IMG/VR virus record: IMGVR_UViG_3300049215_000771
Span: 124,001 to 188,000 of that record
Strand: one strand, 5' to 3'
Length of the DNA stretch: 64,000 nucleotides
Under the pieces are notes generated by a model, which did no database searches, was not told the origin of the DNA, and worked only from the letters and a program-made list of their open reading frames with translations. Below, piece by piece: positions 17,770-26,759 of the stretch. The translations under genes were made by a program, and so were the position numbers. Position 1 is the stretch's first letter, and every line of letters starts with the position of its first letter.

Positions 17770-18458
17770 TATTTCTTGCTGTTTGTCGGCCCATTGTACT
17801 TTGATTTGCCCAACATATCGTCCATCGCACTAGCGAGGTATTCGGCGGTAAGTTGGGCAATATCTTTGTCGGCCCGCAGTTCGTGAATGATTTCAATTTG
17901 CATGGATTGCACAGAAGGGTCGGCATACCATTTCCGCCATAGCTGGTTCATGTTTTGCCTGGCCCAGCCACTCATCGCCCCGCCTTTCTTCCCTTCGTAC
18001 ACGTTGATGCCCGCCTCGCCGAGCAGATGAATGAAACATTCCTTCCTCCAGGTGTCGCAGGTGAAGGAATCAGGCGAGCCGGCTCCGAAACCAATTACCA
18101 TGTCGAGTTTGGAATCGCCGCATAAGGTGCGATGTTTGTTCGACATGCCATGAATCATGTACATATAGAGCAGGGTGTGGTTCTTGCGCAGGCGATTGCG
18201 AAAGCGAATGATCGGGTCCAGGAATTCATCTTTCACTACATCTTCGTGGCAGTGTTCCACATTGTTGCAATCAGCTTTGTCGTTGAAAACATCTACTTTG
18301 TCGGCACGTTCCCAGCCACGATTGATGACAGCATAACAGCCGAGTATGTTGGCAATAGCTTCGGCAACGATGGAGGTATTTTCATCGTCGCCATCGTGTC
18401 CGTGCGGGGCTACGATGATAATAGGTTTCTTGCCTTCAATGATGCTGACTCGTTCCAT
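17766..18458 (-). CDS. N-formylglutamate amidohydrolase-like / Zn-exopeptidase-fold protein
   Basis: IIIVAPHG...D..N...IHG spacing. Confidence 0.5.
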   Translation of the reverse strand: MERVSIIEGKKPIIIVAPHGHDGDDENTSIVAEAIANILGCYAVINRGWERADKVDVFNDKADCNNVEHCHEDVVKDEFLDPIIRFRNRLRKNHTLLYMYMIHGMSNKHRTLCGDSKLDMVIGFGAGSPDSFTCDTWRKECFIHLLGEAGINVYEGKKGGAMSGWARQNMNQLWRKWYADPSVQSMQIEIIHELRADKDIAQLTAEYLASAMDDMLGKSKYNGPTNSKKY

Positions 18459-18459
18459 G

Positions 18460-18651
18460 CTATTCCTTCTTCCCCTTCTCGAAGTCGTTGAAAACCTGTT
18501 TCACAATAGTAGAGCTTGTATCAACCAAACAATTCGGAAACACAGCATGAATGACGAGGGCGATGCCTGCCATCAAAAGTTTCATGGCGTTGCGTAGGGC
18601 GAATGCCATGTGTTGACGGTACGTCATCCGAACATCTTTCAAGTGGTCCAT
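18460..18651 (-). CDS. DUF6356-like small protein
   Basis: HL...TYRQHMAFA...IHAVFP...TSS. Confidence 0.6.
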   Translation of the reverse strand: MDHLKDVRMTYRQHMAFALRNAMKLLMAGIALVIHAVFPNCLVDTSSTIVKQVFNDFEKGKKE

Positions 18652-18878
18652 TATGCTCCTATTGCAACATGATGGTTGCCATCCCATGTTGTTTTTCCCC
18701 AGCATAGAAAATGCCATTTCAAACCAGCACCGGGCACTTCTTCTTCATGCGTAGTGCAGGGAATGCTGATATGAACTTGATGGGCGAGAGTTTCTATTCC
18801 ATTTTCCAGGACTCGCCATTTGCGTTTTAGTTCGTCTTCTTGCCATTTTGTGTTGAAGCGAATCAGAATCCTATTCAT
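18651..18878 (-). CDS. hypothetical protein
   Basis: Coupled ORF with SD. Confidence 0.7.
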   Translation of the reverse strand: MNRILIRFNTKWQEDELKRKWRVLENGIETLAHQVHISIPCTTHEEEVPGAGLKWHFLCWGKTTWDGNHHVAIGA

Positions 18879-18895
18879 GGTGCCCTTTCATTCTA

Positions 18896-19294
18896 TCAAT
18901 CAGCCTCGATATTGGTATCTCGGATTGGATGCAATACTTCAATGCCATGTTCTTGGCAGGAGCGATGGTGTTCTGGTTTGTCGTCGTAGTGAAGGGAAGC
19001 GCCGATATTCCACAACACTGGACCTTTTAGTTCATGGTTTGTGAAATGGCATTGTTTGATGGGAAGATCGTAGTCTTTGACGAAATCTTTGACACGCACC
19101 CGCCCCGGTTGATTTTTTTGAATCCAACCGGGAGTCTCGTGGGACTTATTGCGGGCGGTGACAATGTAGCATTTACACCCTTCAGCCGCATGTTTGCGAA
19201 CCACGTCAAGCATGGCGTGATTAGGGGTTCCATCATGGTTGCAAAGGGTGTTGTCGAAATCAAACGTCACAATACGTTGCTTTCTACCCATACC
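18896..19294 (-). CDS. HAD-superfamily hydrolase
   Basis: FDFDNTL, IVTAR, HYDD motifs. Confidence 0.85.
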   Translation of the reverse strand, partial: GMGRKQRIVTFDFDNTLCNHDGTPNHAMLDVVRKHAAEGCKCYIVTARNKSHETPGWIQKNQPGRVRVKDFVKDYDLPIKQCHFTNHELKGPVLWNIGASLHYDDKPEHHRSCQEHGIEVLHPIRDTNIEAD

Positions 19295-19298
19295 TTCC

Positions 19299-19757
19299 TC
19301 ATATTTGTGCTTTTGTAGCACCAACCCCTGCGGCCTCCCGCTCGCCCGAATGGTCGCCCAGGGCTGGCTTTATCAGATTGTAGTCAGTATCCATCAGTTC
19401 GGCCCGCTCGAACCAGTAATCTGGTACTTGCGGGTAGCCTGTTGCTTTTGCTTTCTCTTCAAACATTACCTGCGCAGGCGGGTGTCCGCCATGATACACA
19501 AGGTATTGAGCCGGGACTCCATGCCCCGGCAACTTCGCAATGAACTTCGAGAAGTTGCCGAACCGATTGAATGGCGGGTCATAAGGTGGCGGTCCCTCGA
19601 ATCGCATGTCGATAGCGCCAATAATACCATCCTTACATGGCAAACCAGGGACACGAATCATGCCACAGGGCACCGCAGCCTTCTCTTGTGGAGGCACAGA
19701 AAAACTCGCCATCTCTGCGAGAATCAACCATTCTCGAAAATTCATCGAAGTCTTCAT
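19299..19757 (-). CDS. putative virion internal protein with CTS-like N-terminus
   Basis: MKTSMNFREWLILAE; GTACATAC box 4 nt upstream, no SD. Confidence 0.6.
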   Translation of the reverse strand: MKTSMNFREWLILAEMASFSVPPQEKAAVPCGMIRVPGLPCKDGIIGAIDMRFEGPPPYDPPFNRFGNFSKFIAKLPGHGVPAQYLVYHGGHPPAQVMFEEKAKATGYPQVPDYWFERAELMDTDYNLIKPALGDHSGEREAAGVGATKAQI

Positions 19758-19839
19758 GTCGGTATGTACTGGTAATAGTTACAGAAAACCATCACCCTCT
19801 CTCTAAATAATGGACCTTACCCCTAATAACTGAGGCTTG

Positions 19840-20016
19840 ATGAAAAAAGATGTTCTCTCCATAGACCTGTCGAAAAAAACCCCGCAAGAAATAGCGGAGT
19901 TCCTGTCCGCCCTTCTATATGCCAAGCGCATATTGTTCCACCAGCATGGACTCAATATCCGCCTCCTCCCCAAGACCAGAAAAATATCTCTGAACAAGAG
20001 TACAGTAGAAAACTGA
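19840..20016 (+). CDS. small hypothetical protein (58 aa)
   Basis: Read by hand: MKKDVLSIDLSKKTPQEIAEFL...; GAGG SD; below the ORF-track cut-off. Confidence 0.5.
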   Translation: MKKDVLSIDLSKKTPQEIAEFLSALLYAKRILFHQHGLNIRLLPKTRKISLNKSTVEN

Positions 20017-20017
20017 C

Positions 20018-20046
20018 TTTACAACCTCAAACTATCGTGGTAAAAT
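20018..20046 (+). promoter_or_regulatory. sigma70-type promoter
   Basis: TTTACA-N17-TAAAAT with extended TG. Confidence 0.75.
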
Positions 20047-20107
20047 CCGACCAGGCTTTCAGTCGCCGTCTTCATGCGTGAGGTTTGGGAAAATCCGAGA
20101 AAGTTCC

Positions 20108-20133
20108 GAACCTCTTCCAGAATCGTGGGTCTT
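20108..20133 (+). promoter_or_regulatory. class-II promoter (GAACC-N16-GTCTT)
   Basis: Ten-copy motif, upstream of parB-like gene. Confidence 0.75.
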
Positions 20134-20176
20134 CCTGTTGTAGCGAAGAACCACAACCCCCTGTAAGGAGTCGGAG

Positions 20177-21322
20177 ATGGCACGAGTTGTCAACTACAGC
20201 CAGGGCGAGAAGCTGGAGCAGCAGATCGAACTCTCGCTCATCACGAAGTCCCACAACCCCCGGCACAGCCACCGGCACCTGCTGACCCTGTTTCACGAGA
20301 AGGGCAGCCACATTCACCCGCCCGAAGTCCGGGCCGAGTATATCCGAGAGATCGACGCCAACTTCCCGCATATCCGTCAGCGGGCCGAGAGTATCAAGAC
20401 GCTCGGTCAGCTTGAGGCCGTGACGCTTCGCTACTTCAACGCCAAGATCGCCGGCTCCGACGAATATACGCAGCGCTACGGCATCTGCCAGGGCGAATGC
20501 CGCACCCTCGCCTGGGCGCTTATCGAGGCCGAGACGGGCGAGCCGCAGACCGTTCGTGCCGTTATCGAGCGGCTGACGGTGGACCAGGCGTTCGAGCGGG
20601 CGCTGGCCGAGAATATCGAGCGTGAGGATATGTCGCCGAACGACCTGGCGGCATCCTTCAATGAGATGCTGACCGTCCGCATCAATCCCCGGACCACCGA
20701 CCCGACCCTGGAAGACGGCCAGCCCAACCCGTTGTACGATCCGGCCCACCCGAAGGGTCGTCCTTACACCCTGAAGGAAGTCGCCGAGAAGGTCAAGAAG
20801 GACTACCATTGGGTCCGCAGCCGGGCCAGCCTCGTCTACCTCCCGGAGAAGGACAAGGCGCAGATCGAGGCCGACCACCGGGCCGGCAAGCGTGACCTGA
20901 CCCGCTACTGCAAGAAGGCGGGCAAGCTGGCGACCCAACTCAAGGCCAAGGCCAAGGAAACCGGCCAGCCCGTCGAGGCTCTGCTTGAGCAGTGTGCCGC
21001 CCCGGAAAATTCCCCGGCTTCCGGGACGAATATCTCTGGACAAGCCGTTGCCGATCAGGTACAACCTGATATTCTGACTGTACAGCCAGAGCAGCGCCGG
21101 CGAGTCAAGAGCCTCAAGGAAGTCGTGGCGCTGTTCGACGCCACGTCCCTGGACAATTTGGCCCGACTCCAGGCGTTGGCCGAGGTCATGAACCTGGCTG
21201 ATGACCCTGCAACGTCGCTTCGACTTGCTTTGGATGAGCGAGAGAAGCGGGCAACGGAGGCCGAGCTTCGGTCTGGCCGGGAAGCCGACCGTGAAGCCCG
21301 CCGCAGTCAAAAGTCTGCCTGA
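20177..21322 (+). CDS. ParB-family protein (ParBc + HTH)
   Basis: NPR...SIKTLGQL...GECRTLA...ALAENIEREDMSP...TLKEVAEKVKKDYHWV. Confidence 0.8.
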   Translation: MARVVNYSQGEKLEQQIELSLITKSHNPRHSHRHLLTLFHEKGSHIHPPEVRAEYIREIDANFPHIRQRAESIKTLGQLEAVTLRYFNAKIAGSDEYTQRYGICQGECRTLAWALIEAETGEPQTVRAVIERLTVDQAFERALAENIEREDMSPNDLAASFNEMLTVRINPRTTDPTLEDGQPNPLYDPAHPKGRPYTLKEVAEKVKKDYHWVRSRASLVYLPEKDKAQIEADHRAGKRDLTRYCKKAGKLATQLKAKAKETGQPVEALLEQCAAPENSPASGTNISGQAVADQVQPDILTVQPEQRRRVKSLKEVVALFDATSLDNLARLQALAEVMNLADDPATSLRLALDEREKRATEAELRSGREADREARRSQKSA

Positions 21323-21327
21323 CATTC

Positions 21328-21372
21328 CGCCAACCACAGCGTATTCTTAGCGAACCTTCGCTGTGGTTGGCG
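21328..21372. repeat. 14-bp inverted repeat overlapping the sigma-gene promoter
   Basis: CGCCAACCACAGCG (21328-41) / CGCTGTGGTTGGCG (21359-72). Confidence 0.85.
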
Positions 21373-21378
21373 TGTCTT
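21352..21378 (+). promoter_or_regulatory. class-II promoter (GAACC-N17-GTCTT)
   Basis: Ten-copy motif, upstream of the sigma gene. Confidence 0.65.
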
Positions 21379-21440
21379 CTCAGCGAGGGCAGCAAACGTG
21401 CGTCGGAAAACCCTGTACGGGCCTGGTATGGAGTCTAGTT

Positions 21441-22442
21441 ATGACGGACACGGTTCCCTACATCAAGCTGACCAAGAAGGCTGAGGAGAAGTGCCTGGAC
21501 CTGTTGGTTCAGGCGAACGTGCTGCTCAAGAAGTGGGCGGAATGCTTCGGCGCTCGCAAAAGCCGAGAGTTTCGCAAGCTGTTGTTCAAGGGGCATCGAG
21601 ACAAGGCAGCGATGGCGGAAGTGGAGCAATCCATCCCGGTCACGCTACTCGACGAGTTCCGCCAGGAACGGCAGTTCATCATCGCCATTCACGTCACCAA
21701 GTACCCCGATCTCGACAACAGGACGGTCGAATTCGCCATGCTGTGTGGCTACAGCGGGCTGGGTCGCAAGCACGCCAAGCGCTGGTTCGCTCAGAACGGC
21801 GAAGGCAACGGCATGTCGCTGGATGACTACAAGAACGAGGCATACCTCGCCATCTTGGACAGCATCTACGGCTACACCGACCGTACCATCAGCTTCTCCA
21901 GCTTCGCCTGGGCCTCGCTGAAGAACCGGATGATCGCCTGCACCAACAAGTGCAACCTGTTGTGCCCGCTCACCAACCCCGACCTGGAGTTGCTGGCCCG
22001 GTACGAAGACACTCGGAAGACCTTCAACGATCACGTCACCTTCGATCAGGTGGTGGCGGCGATGGGTCTGGACGAGGAACAGTACAAGGCGCTCGGTGCC
22101 ATCATGACGAAGGTGTACGCCGAGTCGCAGATCGCCGTGGACCACACTGGCCACGACGACACGCCCAACGACTACACGTCGCTCCGCAGCGGCATCGACA
22201 ACGACGGCGAGGATCGCATCATTCGCCTCCAGGTCCGCCAGGCTATCGACGAGGCGGACCTGACCGACTTCGAGCGTATTGTGTTGGAAACTTCCATGAA
22301 TCCGTACTACGGATGGCAGTCGGACGTGGCCCGGAACAACATCAATCCGTCAACCAAGAAACCGTACACCCGCATGTGGGTCGGCCTGGCGCTCAAGAAC
22401 GCCCATGAGAAGGTTCGCCAGGCCATTCAGCGGGTCGCATGA
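21441..22442 (+). CDS. phage-encoded sigma70-family RNA polymerase sigma factor
   Basis: Region 2 (DDYKNEAYLAILDSIYGY...FSSFAWASLKNRM), region 3-like (TFDQVVAAMGL), region 4 (LTDFERIVLE...QSDVA...TRMWVGLALKNAHEKVR). Confidence 0.8.
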   Translation: MTDTVPYIKLTKKAEEKCLDLLVQANVLLKKWAECFGARKSREFRKLLFKGHRDKAAMAEVEQSIPVTLLDEFRQERQFIIAIHVTKYPDLDNRTVEFAMLCGYSGLGRKHAKRWFAQNGEGNGMSLDDYKNEAYLAILDSIYGYTDRTISFSSFAWASLKNRMIACTNKCNLLCPLTNPDLELLARYEDTRKTFNDHVTFDQVVAAMGLDEEQYKALGAIMTKVYAESQIAVDHTGHDDTPNDYTSLRSGIDNDGEDRIIRLQVRQAIDEADLTDFERIVLETSMNPYYGWQSDVARNNINPSTKKPYTRMWVGLALKNAHEKVRQAIQRVA

Positions 22443-22453
22443 AGGGATGAATC

Positions 22454-22801
22454 ATGAAGGCACAAGCACCGCCAATCGGTTCAGTTGAACTGTTCGATTT
22501 CGCCCGCATCATCGGGGCGCATATCTGTGGCAGTTTCAGCTACAGCCCCGACAACACCTATGCCAACGCATACCTCAAGCTGGGGTATCACGACATTGGC
22601 CCCCGGTCCTTGTTCGGAAGAAGCGACAAGGCCGATCTCGACGAGGCTTTGGCCGACCTGGTAGCTGGGTTGGTGGATCGTGGTCAGATTAGCTTCATGG
22701 ACGACAAGCGGACTACGTTCCATGTTCCGCCCCTCAAGCACACGCCAGGCTACAGGGGCAAGAAGATCAAGAAGAAACCCGTGATGAGGGCGACAGCCTG
22801 A
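22454..22801 (+). CDS. hypothetical protein
   Basis: ORF in operon. Confidence 0.7.
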   Translation: MKAQAPPIGSVELFDFARIIGAHICGSFSYSPDNTYANAYLKLGYHDIGPRSLFGRSDKADLDEALADLVAGLVDRGQISFMDDKRTTFHVPPLKHTPGYRGKKIKKKPVMRATA

Positions 22802-22802
22802 C

Positions 22803-23108
22803 ATGGCGAGCATCGAACAACTTGAAGCTGTCACTGAGGCGTGGGACAGGGTGGGGCAGCAAGCCGCTTCATCGCAAGCCGCACTGAGGCGGAAGGCAGA
22901 AGCAGTGCTGTTGTTTCGCAAAATGGCGGATTCCTTCAAGGGCGTACTGGATGCAATTGAACCGAAATACTGGAAGACTGACGGGGAAGGCATGATGCGC
23001 CTTGCTGCGGATTTTGACGAGTTGACGAGTAAAATCCGTCAAGCCATCCGTATTTCGGGAGAACAGTTCGATGGACCCGCTGCAACTGAAGGAAGTTACC
23101 AAACCTAA
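22803..23108 (+). CDS. hypothetical protein
   Basis: Coupled ORF. Confidence 0.7.
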   Translation: MASIEQLEAVTEAWDRVGQQAASSQAALRRKAEAVLLFRKMADSFKGVLDAIEPKYWKTDGEGMMRLAADFDELTSKIRQAIRISGEQFDGPAATEGSYQT

Positions 23109-23490
23109 CGATCAAGTTCCCTACACGGACATACTTGATCCGAACGGCAAGCCATATCTCGTTCTCGACCAGAACAGCGGTACATATTACATCTTGTACT
23201 GGAAGGCGTGGTTCAACAACCGCACGCCGAAGCCGGGCCTTTGGTCCGGTTCTGACTGGTACGATCACCCCAAAGCCAAACGATACGAAAAACCCGCACG
23301 CACGGCCAATTCCTGGCCGAAGCGTATTCGTGTTTGGGAACTGCCTGGCATCAAGTACGCCAAACCCAAAGTCTACACACACTTGGAGGAAGAAGATGGG
23401 ATTCAACACGACGGTCGTGGTTCTCAACGACGCCCTGGGGGAGATCGAAAACGATCCAAAATTCGGACAACGGCTCGCAAGCGCCGTTAA
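23071..23490 (+). CDS. hypothetical protein
   Basis: ORF; tail overlaps the next gene by 95 nt. Confidence 0.55.
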   Translation: MDPLQLKEVTKPNDQVPYTDILDPNGKPYLVLDQNSGTYYILYWKAWFNNRTPKPGLWSGSDWYDHPKAKRYEKPARTANSWPKRIRVWELPGIKYAKPKVYTHLEEEDGIQHDGRGSQRRPGGDRKRSKIRTTARKRR

Positions 23491-23770
23491 AGAACTGAGT
23501 GTTCGCAAGGGACGCATCGACGTGCCGGCTGGCAACCACGCCAACGCTGCCAGTGTCGTTGAAACCCATCACGCCAGCGAGAACGCTGTTGTGGTTGTCG
23601 GCGGCAACTTCGGGAGTGTCCTGGGCAATGTGTACGCAGGCAACAGCATCGTTGTCGCCCGGCATCATGAGGAAGCCGGCCAGGTGGAAATCCTGAAGTC
23701 GCTGGCCGAGAAATTCGGCTACAGGTTGTCGAAAATTCCGAACAAGAAACCCGAACGGCGGTCTTCCTGA
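23396..23770 (+). CDS. hypothetical phage protein
   Basis: GGAGG SD before ATG 23396 (MGFNTTVVVLNDAL...). Confidence 0.75.
   Translation: MGFNTTVVVLNDALGEIENDPKFGQRLASAVKELSVRKGRIDVPAGNHANAASVVETHHASENAVVVVGGNFGSVLGNVYAGNSIVVARHHEEAGQVEILKSLAEKFGYRLSKIPNKKPERRSS
23740..23765 (+). promoter_or_regulatory. class-II promoter (TTCCGAACA-N16-GTCTT)
   Basis: Ten-copy motif at the gene end, before ORF 23770. Confidence 0.65.
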
Positions 23771-24030
23771 TGTCAGATGGTTTCGCTGAAAATGGTATTT
23801 TCTACTACGGGGCCAGGGAGCCGAAATCCTTCCCCGATGTCGAGGAAGTGAAGCCGGAAATTGGCAGTTACGATCCCGATGAGTCGGATAGCATCAACGC
23901 CCGGCGATATTTCGGGTTCACGGACTACGAGGAAATTGACATCTTCGTGCTTCGCTCCAGGCGACATGATCGCCGTGGACAGTGGCGCACGGAGTTTTAC
24001 TTCCGAGTTCTTGTGTTGGAGGCAAAGTGA
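23770..24030 (+). CDS. hypothetical protein
   Basis: TGATG-coupled ORF. Confidence 0.6.
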   Translation: MSDGFAENGIFYYGAREPKSFPDVEEVKPEIGSYDPDESDSINARRYFGFTDYEEIDIFVLRSRRHDRRGQWRTEFYFRVLVLEAK

Positions 24031-24650
24031 ACATTCATATCACCAACTTCGTTCGCCGGCAGACCAAGGAAAGTGGCTACTCCCATTGGGAGATTCCCGA
24101 CTCCTCGCTGCTGGAACGGGTGCATCGTAACTTCCATCGCCAGAAGCCTGGCTACAGGGAAGGCGTCATCCTCGTCCCGGTCGAGCCTGAAGGTTTCTTC
24201 AGCAGCATCGTGGAGTTGAAGGAAGGCGACGTGTTGGTGGGCGAATACAAGGCCCGCCGACCGGGTGAGACGCCAAGAAAGTCTACCGGCGCACTGGCGG
24301 GCCAGAAAATCCCTGCCAAAAGCGTGGACATCGTTCTGTACGCCCATCACGTCCTGGCCGAAAAGAACGAGCAGGAGTCCGATGCCGATTGGGAGATCGT
24401 CAGCGTCAACGCCTCCCCGACCAAGGAAGAAACGCCGATCCCGACCGGGGCGCTAATCGCCAACCACCTGGAGTTGTCGGGCGGCACGGCCACGAAGATG
24501 ACGGACGAGCAATTCGTACAATTGCTCAGGAAGTCGGTTCTCTTCTGGTCAAACAAGGCGAACATCGCCCCGGACCATCTTCGCAATTTGTACGTCCTGG
24601 ATGACCAGGGTGATGCCCACAAATTGTCCAACATCGCCCCGCTGGAGTGA
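24027..24650 (+). CDS. DUF3228-family protein
   Basis: FVRRQ...GYR...YKARRPGETP...AKSVDIVLY...DWEIVSVNA...NHL..SGG pattern; GGAGG SD with GTG. Confidence 0.65.
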   Translation: MNIHITNFVRRQTKESGYSHWEIPDSSLLERVHRNFHRQKPGYREGVILVPVEPEGFFSSIVELKEGDVLVGEYKARRPGETPRKSTGALAGQKIPAKSVDIVLYAHHVLAEKNEQESDADWEIVSVNASPTKEETPIPTGALIANHLELSGGTATKMTDEQFVQLLRKSVLFWSNKANIAPDHLRNLYVLDDQGDAHKLSNIAPLE

Positions 24651-24653
24651 TGT

Positions 24654-24947
24654 ATGGCCGGCAAACAAACCAGGACTGTGACCTACGATACCTACAAGAT
24701 TTCGATAGGTCACTATCCCCTGCTCCATGCCGAGCGTGACGAACAAGGGAACATTCGCATTCTGGTATTTCCGAAGCTGTTGACCATCGAGAACGTGATG
24801 GAATTCAACGAGTGGGTCCAATCACCACCACTGCCGCCCGAACCTGCCATTGGTGCTGGCTGGGTCGGTAAATGGAACCCCAAGGTCAAGACGTTCACCC
24901 ATGTACGAACCGGCAAGGTGTTCGAGTTGAAGGAAGAAGAAACATGA
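24654..24947 (+). CDS. hypothetical protein
   Basis: GGAG SD. Confidence 0.7.
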   Translation: MAGKQTRTVTYDTYKISIGHYPLLHAERDEQGNIRILVFPKLLTIENVMEFNEWVQSPPLPPEPAIGAGWVGKWNPKVKTFTHVRTGKVFELKEEET

Positions 24948-25150
24948 CCTTCTACGACGTATTTTTCAACGACGGCGGCAAAGAACGCATCACTGTTGCC
25001 GCCATGTCCACCGAACAGTTCCGCCTGGCAAACGGCGGCAAGTCCAACGCTGACCTGGCGCTGGACCAGGTGAGGGAGAAGTTCCCAAATCGTTACCCGG
25101 TCAAGATCGTCCGTGTCACGACGGGAGCGGTCGTTTGGGAAAAACGCTGA
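24944..25150 (+). CDS. hypothetical protein
   Basis: ATGA-coupled ORF. Confidence 0.65.
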   Translation: MTFYDVFFNDGGKERITVAAMSTEQFRLANGGKSNADLALDQVREKFPNRYPVKIVRVTTGAVVWEKR

Positions 25151-25151
25151 C

Positions 25152-25180
25152 TTTACAACCCGACAAAATCGTAGTACCAT
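25152..25180 (+). promoter_or_regulatory. sigma70-type promoter
   Basis: TTTACA-N17-TACCAT. Confidence 0.7.
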
Positions 25181-25185
25181 TGGGT

Positions 25186-25351
25186 AGGCCAACAGTAGCG
25201 ATACCAGCCAGTGACGGTGTACAACGGCAGGGGCCAGGTCGCTGCTGGCGAGCGGGAGAATATCCGTCCGCAAGGGGAAAGTTGCTCGTTCGCATGGAGG
25301 GCGAGGCCAAAAGCCTCGCCCTTCGCCTTCCTATGTTTTGGAGGAACGGAA
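25186..25351 (+). ncRNA. structured RNA or long 5' leader
   Basis: Stems 25193-202/25238-47, 25248-55/25282-89 (with a CC-GCAA-GG tetraloop) and 25297-307/25313-23. Confidence 0.55.
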
Positions 25352-25444
25352 ATTAAAATTCATGGTTTGTGGGCGGTTTACATCAGCGCCATCGGCATGG
25401 CGATTTGCTACACGCTGCATATTGTTCGCCATGCCCACCCCTGA
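25352..25444 (+). CDS. candidate 30-aa hydrophobic peptide with ATT start
   Basis: GGAGG at 25340-44, ATT 7 nt downstream, (M)KIHGLWAVYISAIGMAICYTLHIVRHAHP. Confidence 0.4.
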   Translation: MKIHGLWAVYISAIGMAICYTLHIVRHAHP

Positions 25445-25645
25445 TTACCAGCCCTCCGGGTTGTCTTCGGCGTCAGGGTCTTCGTAAGCCCCGGAGACGG
25501 CTTCCCAGCCTGGCATCCGGGCCTCAGCCCAATTGCAGGCATAGATGAAACCCATCTCCGTGGGCAGGATGAAGGTAATCCAGCTATCCGTGGAAGCACG
25601 TTCCATCCGAAGGTAGCGGACCATGTACAATCGCTTGTTCTTCAT
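25445..25645 (-). CDS. hypothetical protein
   Basis: ATGA-coupled to the upstream minus-strand gene. Confidence 0.65.
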   Translation of the reverse strand: MKNKRLYMVRYLRMERASTDSWITFILPTEMGFIYACNWAEARMPGWEAVSGAYEDPDAEDNPEGW

Positions 25646-25944
25646 ACGTCGTCAATGCTCCTGTAGCGTCGGGTACGGCGAAGGCGGCGTTCTTCGTCTT
25701 GCTTCGCCCACTGTGCCAGCTTCCGGGTTTCAGCGGCTTTACGAGCCGCCTCACGGCGTTTCTTCGCCTTACGCTCACGGCGGCGATCTTCCTGATATTC
25801 CTTGTGGGTTTTTTCGAGTTCTTCCTTCCACTCGAATTCCATCAGGCTCATATCAGGGCCATCGTCGTACCCCTGATCGGCACTTTGTTCGAGAGGCGGG
25901 TCGTCATGATCGTCGTAGAACCAGTCGTCGCCCATGTCGTTCAT
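25642..25944 (-). CDS. acidic/basic bipartite protein ending RRYRSIDDV
   Basis: GGAGG SD; C-terminal YRSID tag. Confidence 0.7.
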   Translation of the reverse strand: MNDMGDDWFYDDHDDPPLEQSADQGYDDGPDMSLMEFEWKEELEKTHKEYQEDRRRERKAKKRREAARKAAETRKLAQWAKQDEERRLRRTRRYRSIDDV

Positions 25945-26021
25945 GGTTGCCTCCGTTGTCGTATCGTCCAGGCGTCTGTTCTCACTTAACTGTGCTACGG
26001 CGGTTTTGTCCGGTTTTTTCC

Positions 26022-26047
26022 GAACCCAAGCAAAAAATCCCGGTCTT
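26022..26047 (+). promoter_or_regulatory. class-II promoter (GAACC-N16-GTCTT)
   Basis: Ten-copy motif. Confidence 0.75.
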
Positions 26048-26080
26048 CCTGACGTAACAAAGGCACACAGGAGATAAGAC

Positions 26081-26686
26081 ATGAGTTTTCGGACGCAACG
26101 TGGCCGGCGCAAGACCAGGAAGCCCGACCAGATCATCGTGGGCGCTGTCCAGTTGGATTACGACCACTTCCACGAGGAACCGGAGCGGGGCCGGCAGGAC
26201 CATTACTACAAGGGCCAGGTGTACGTCAACAACAAGCTGCTGCCCTTCGAGTTGCACCTGATGCACCACCCCGAATACGACAAGAAGGCGCTCCAGGACG
26301 GCAACAAGCTGTACACTGCCATCATCGAGATCAACGGCGGCGGCATCTACGACGGTCACAAGCTGGTGAAGCACGACTGCAATCGTTGCACCGGCAATAC
26401 GGGCGGCAATGGTGATGCTGACGGCCCCCTGGCCCTGGCTCTGTGGCAGCCCATCATCAACATGGTCTGCCTGGACGTGTGCAAGCGGGACGGCGTGAAG
26501 CTGTTCCCTGCCGTCTACAAGTCCAACAAGGAAAGCGGCTGGTATTCCTTCTACCACTACGTTCCCATCGTGGGCGAGGAAACCCGCAAGCCGGCTCGCC
26601 AGCACTTCTACCACAAAAGCCTGGTCCCTGTGGACTGCCCGATCCACGGCCAGGTCGTGAACGAGGATGTCGAAACGGATTTGTAA
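26081..26686 (+). CDS. hypothetical protein (Cys/His-containing)
   Basis: AGGAG SD. Confidence 0.75.
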   Translation: MSFRTQRGRRKTRKPDQIIVGAVQLDYDHFHEEPERGRQDHYYKGQVYVNNKLLPFELHLMHHPEYDKKALQDGNKLYTAIIEINGGGIYDGHKLVKHDCNRCTGNTGGNGDADGPLALALWQPIINMVCLDVCKRDGVKLFPAVYKSNKESGWYSFYHYVPIVGEETRKPARQHFYHKSLVPVDCPIHGQVVNEDVETDL

Positions 26687-26695
26687 AAAGTTTCC

Positions 26696-26721
26696 GAACC
26701 TCGCCCGCCCAGCGAGGTCTT
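26696..26721 (+). promoter_or_regulatory. class-II promoter (GAACC-N16-GTCTT)
   Basis: Ten-copy motif. Confidence 0.75.
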
Positions 26722-26759
26722 CTATGCGGAGATCGAACAACCCATAAGGGAGCAGAACA

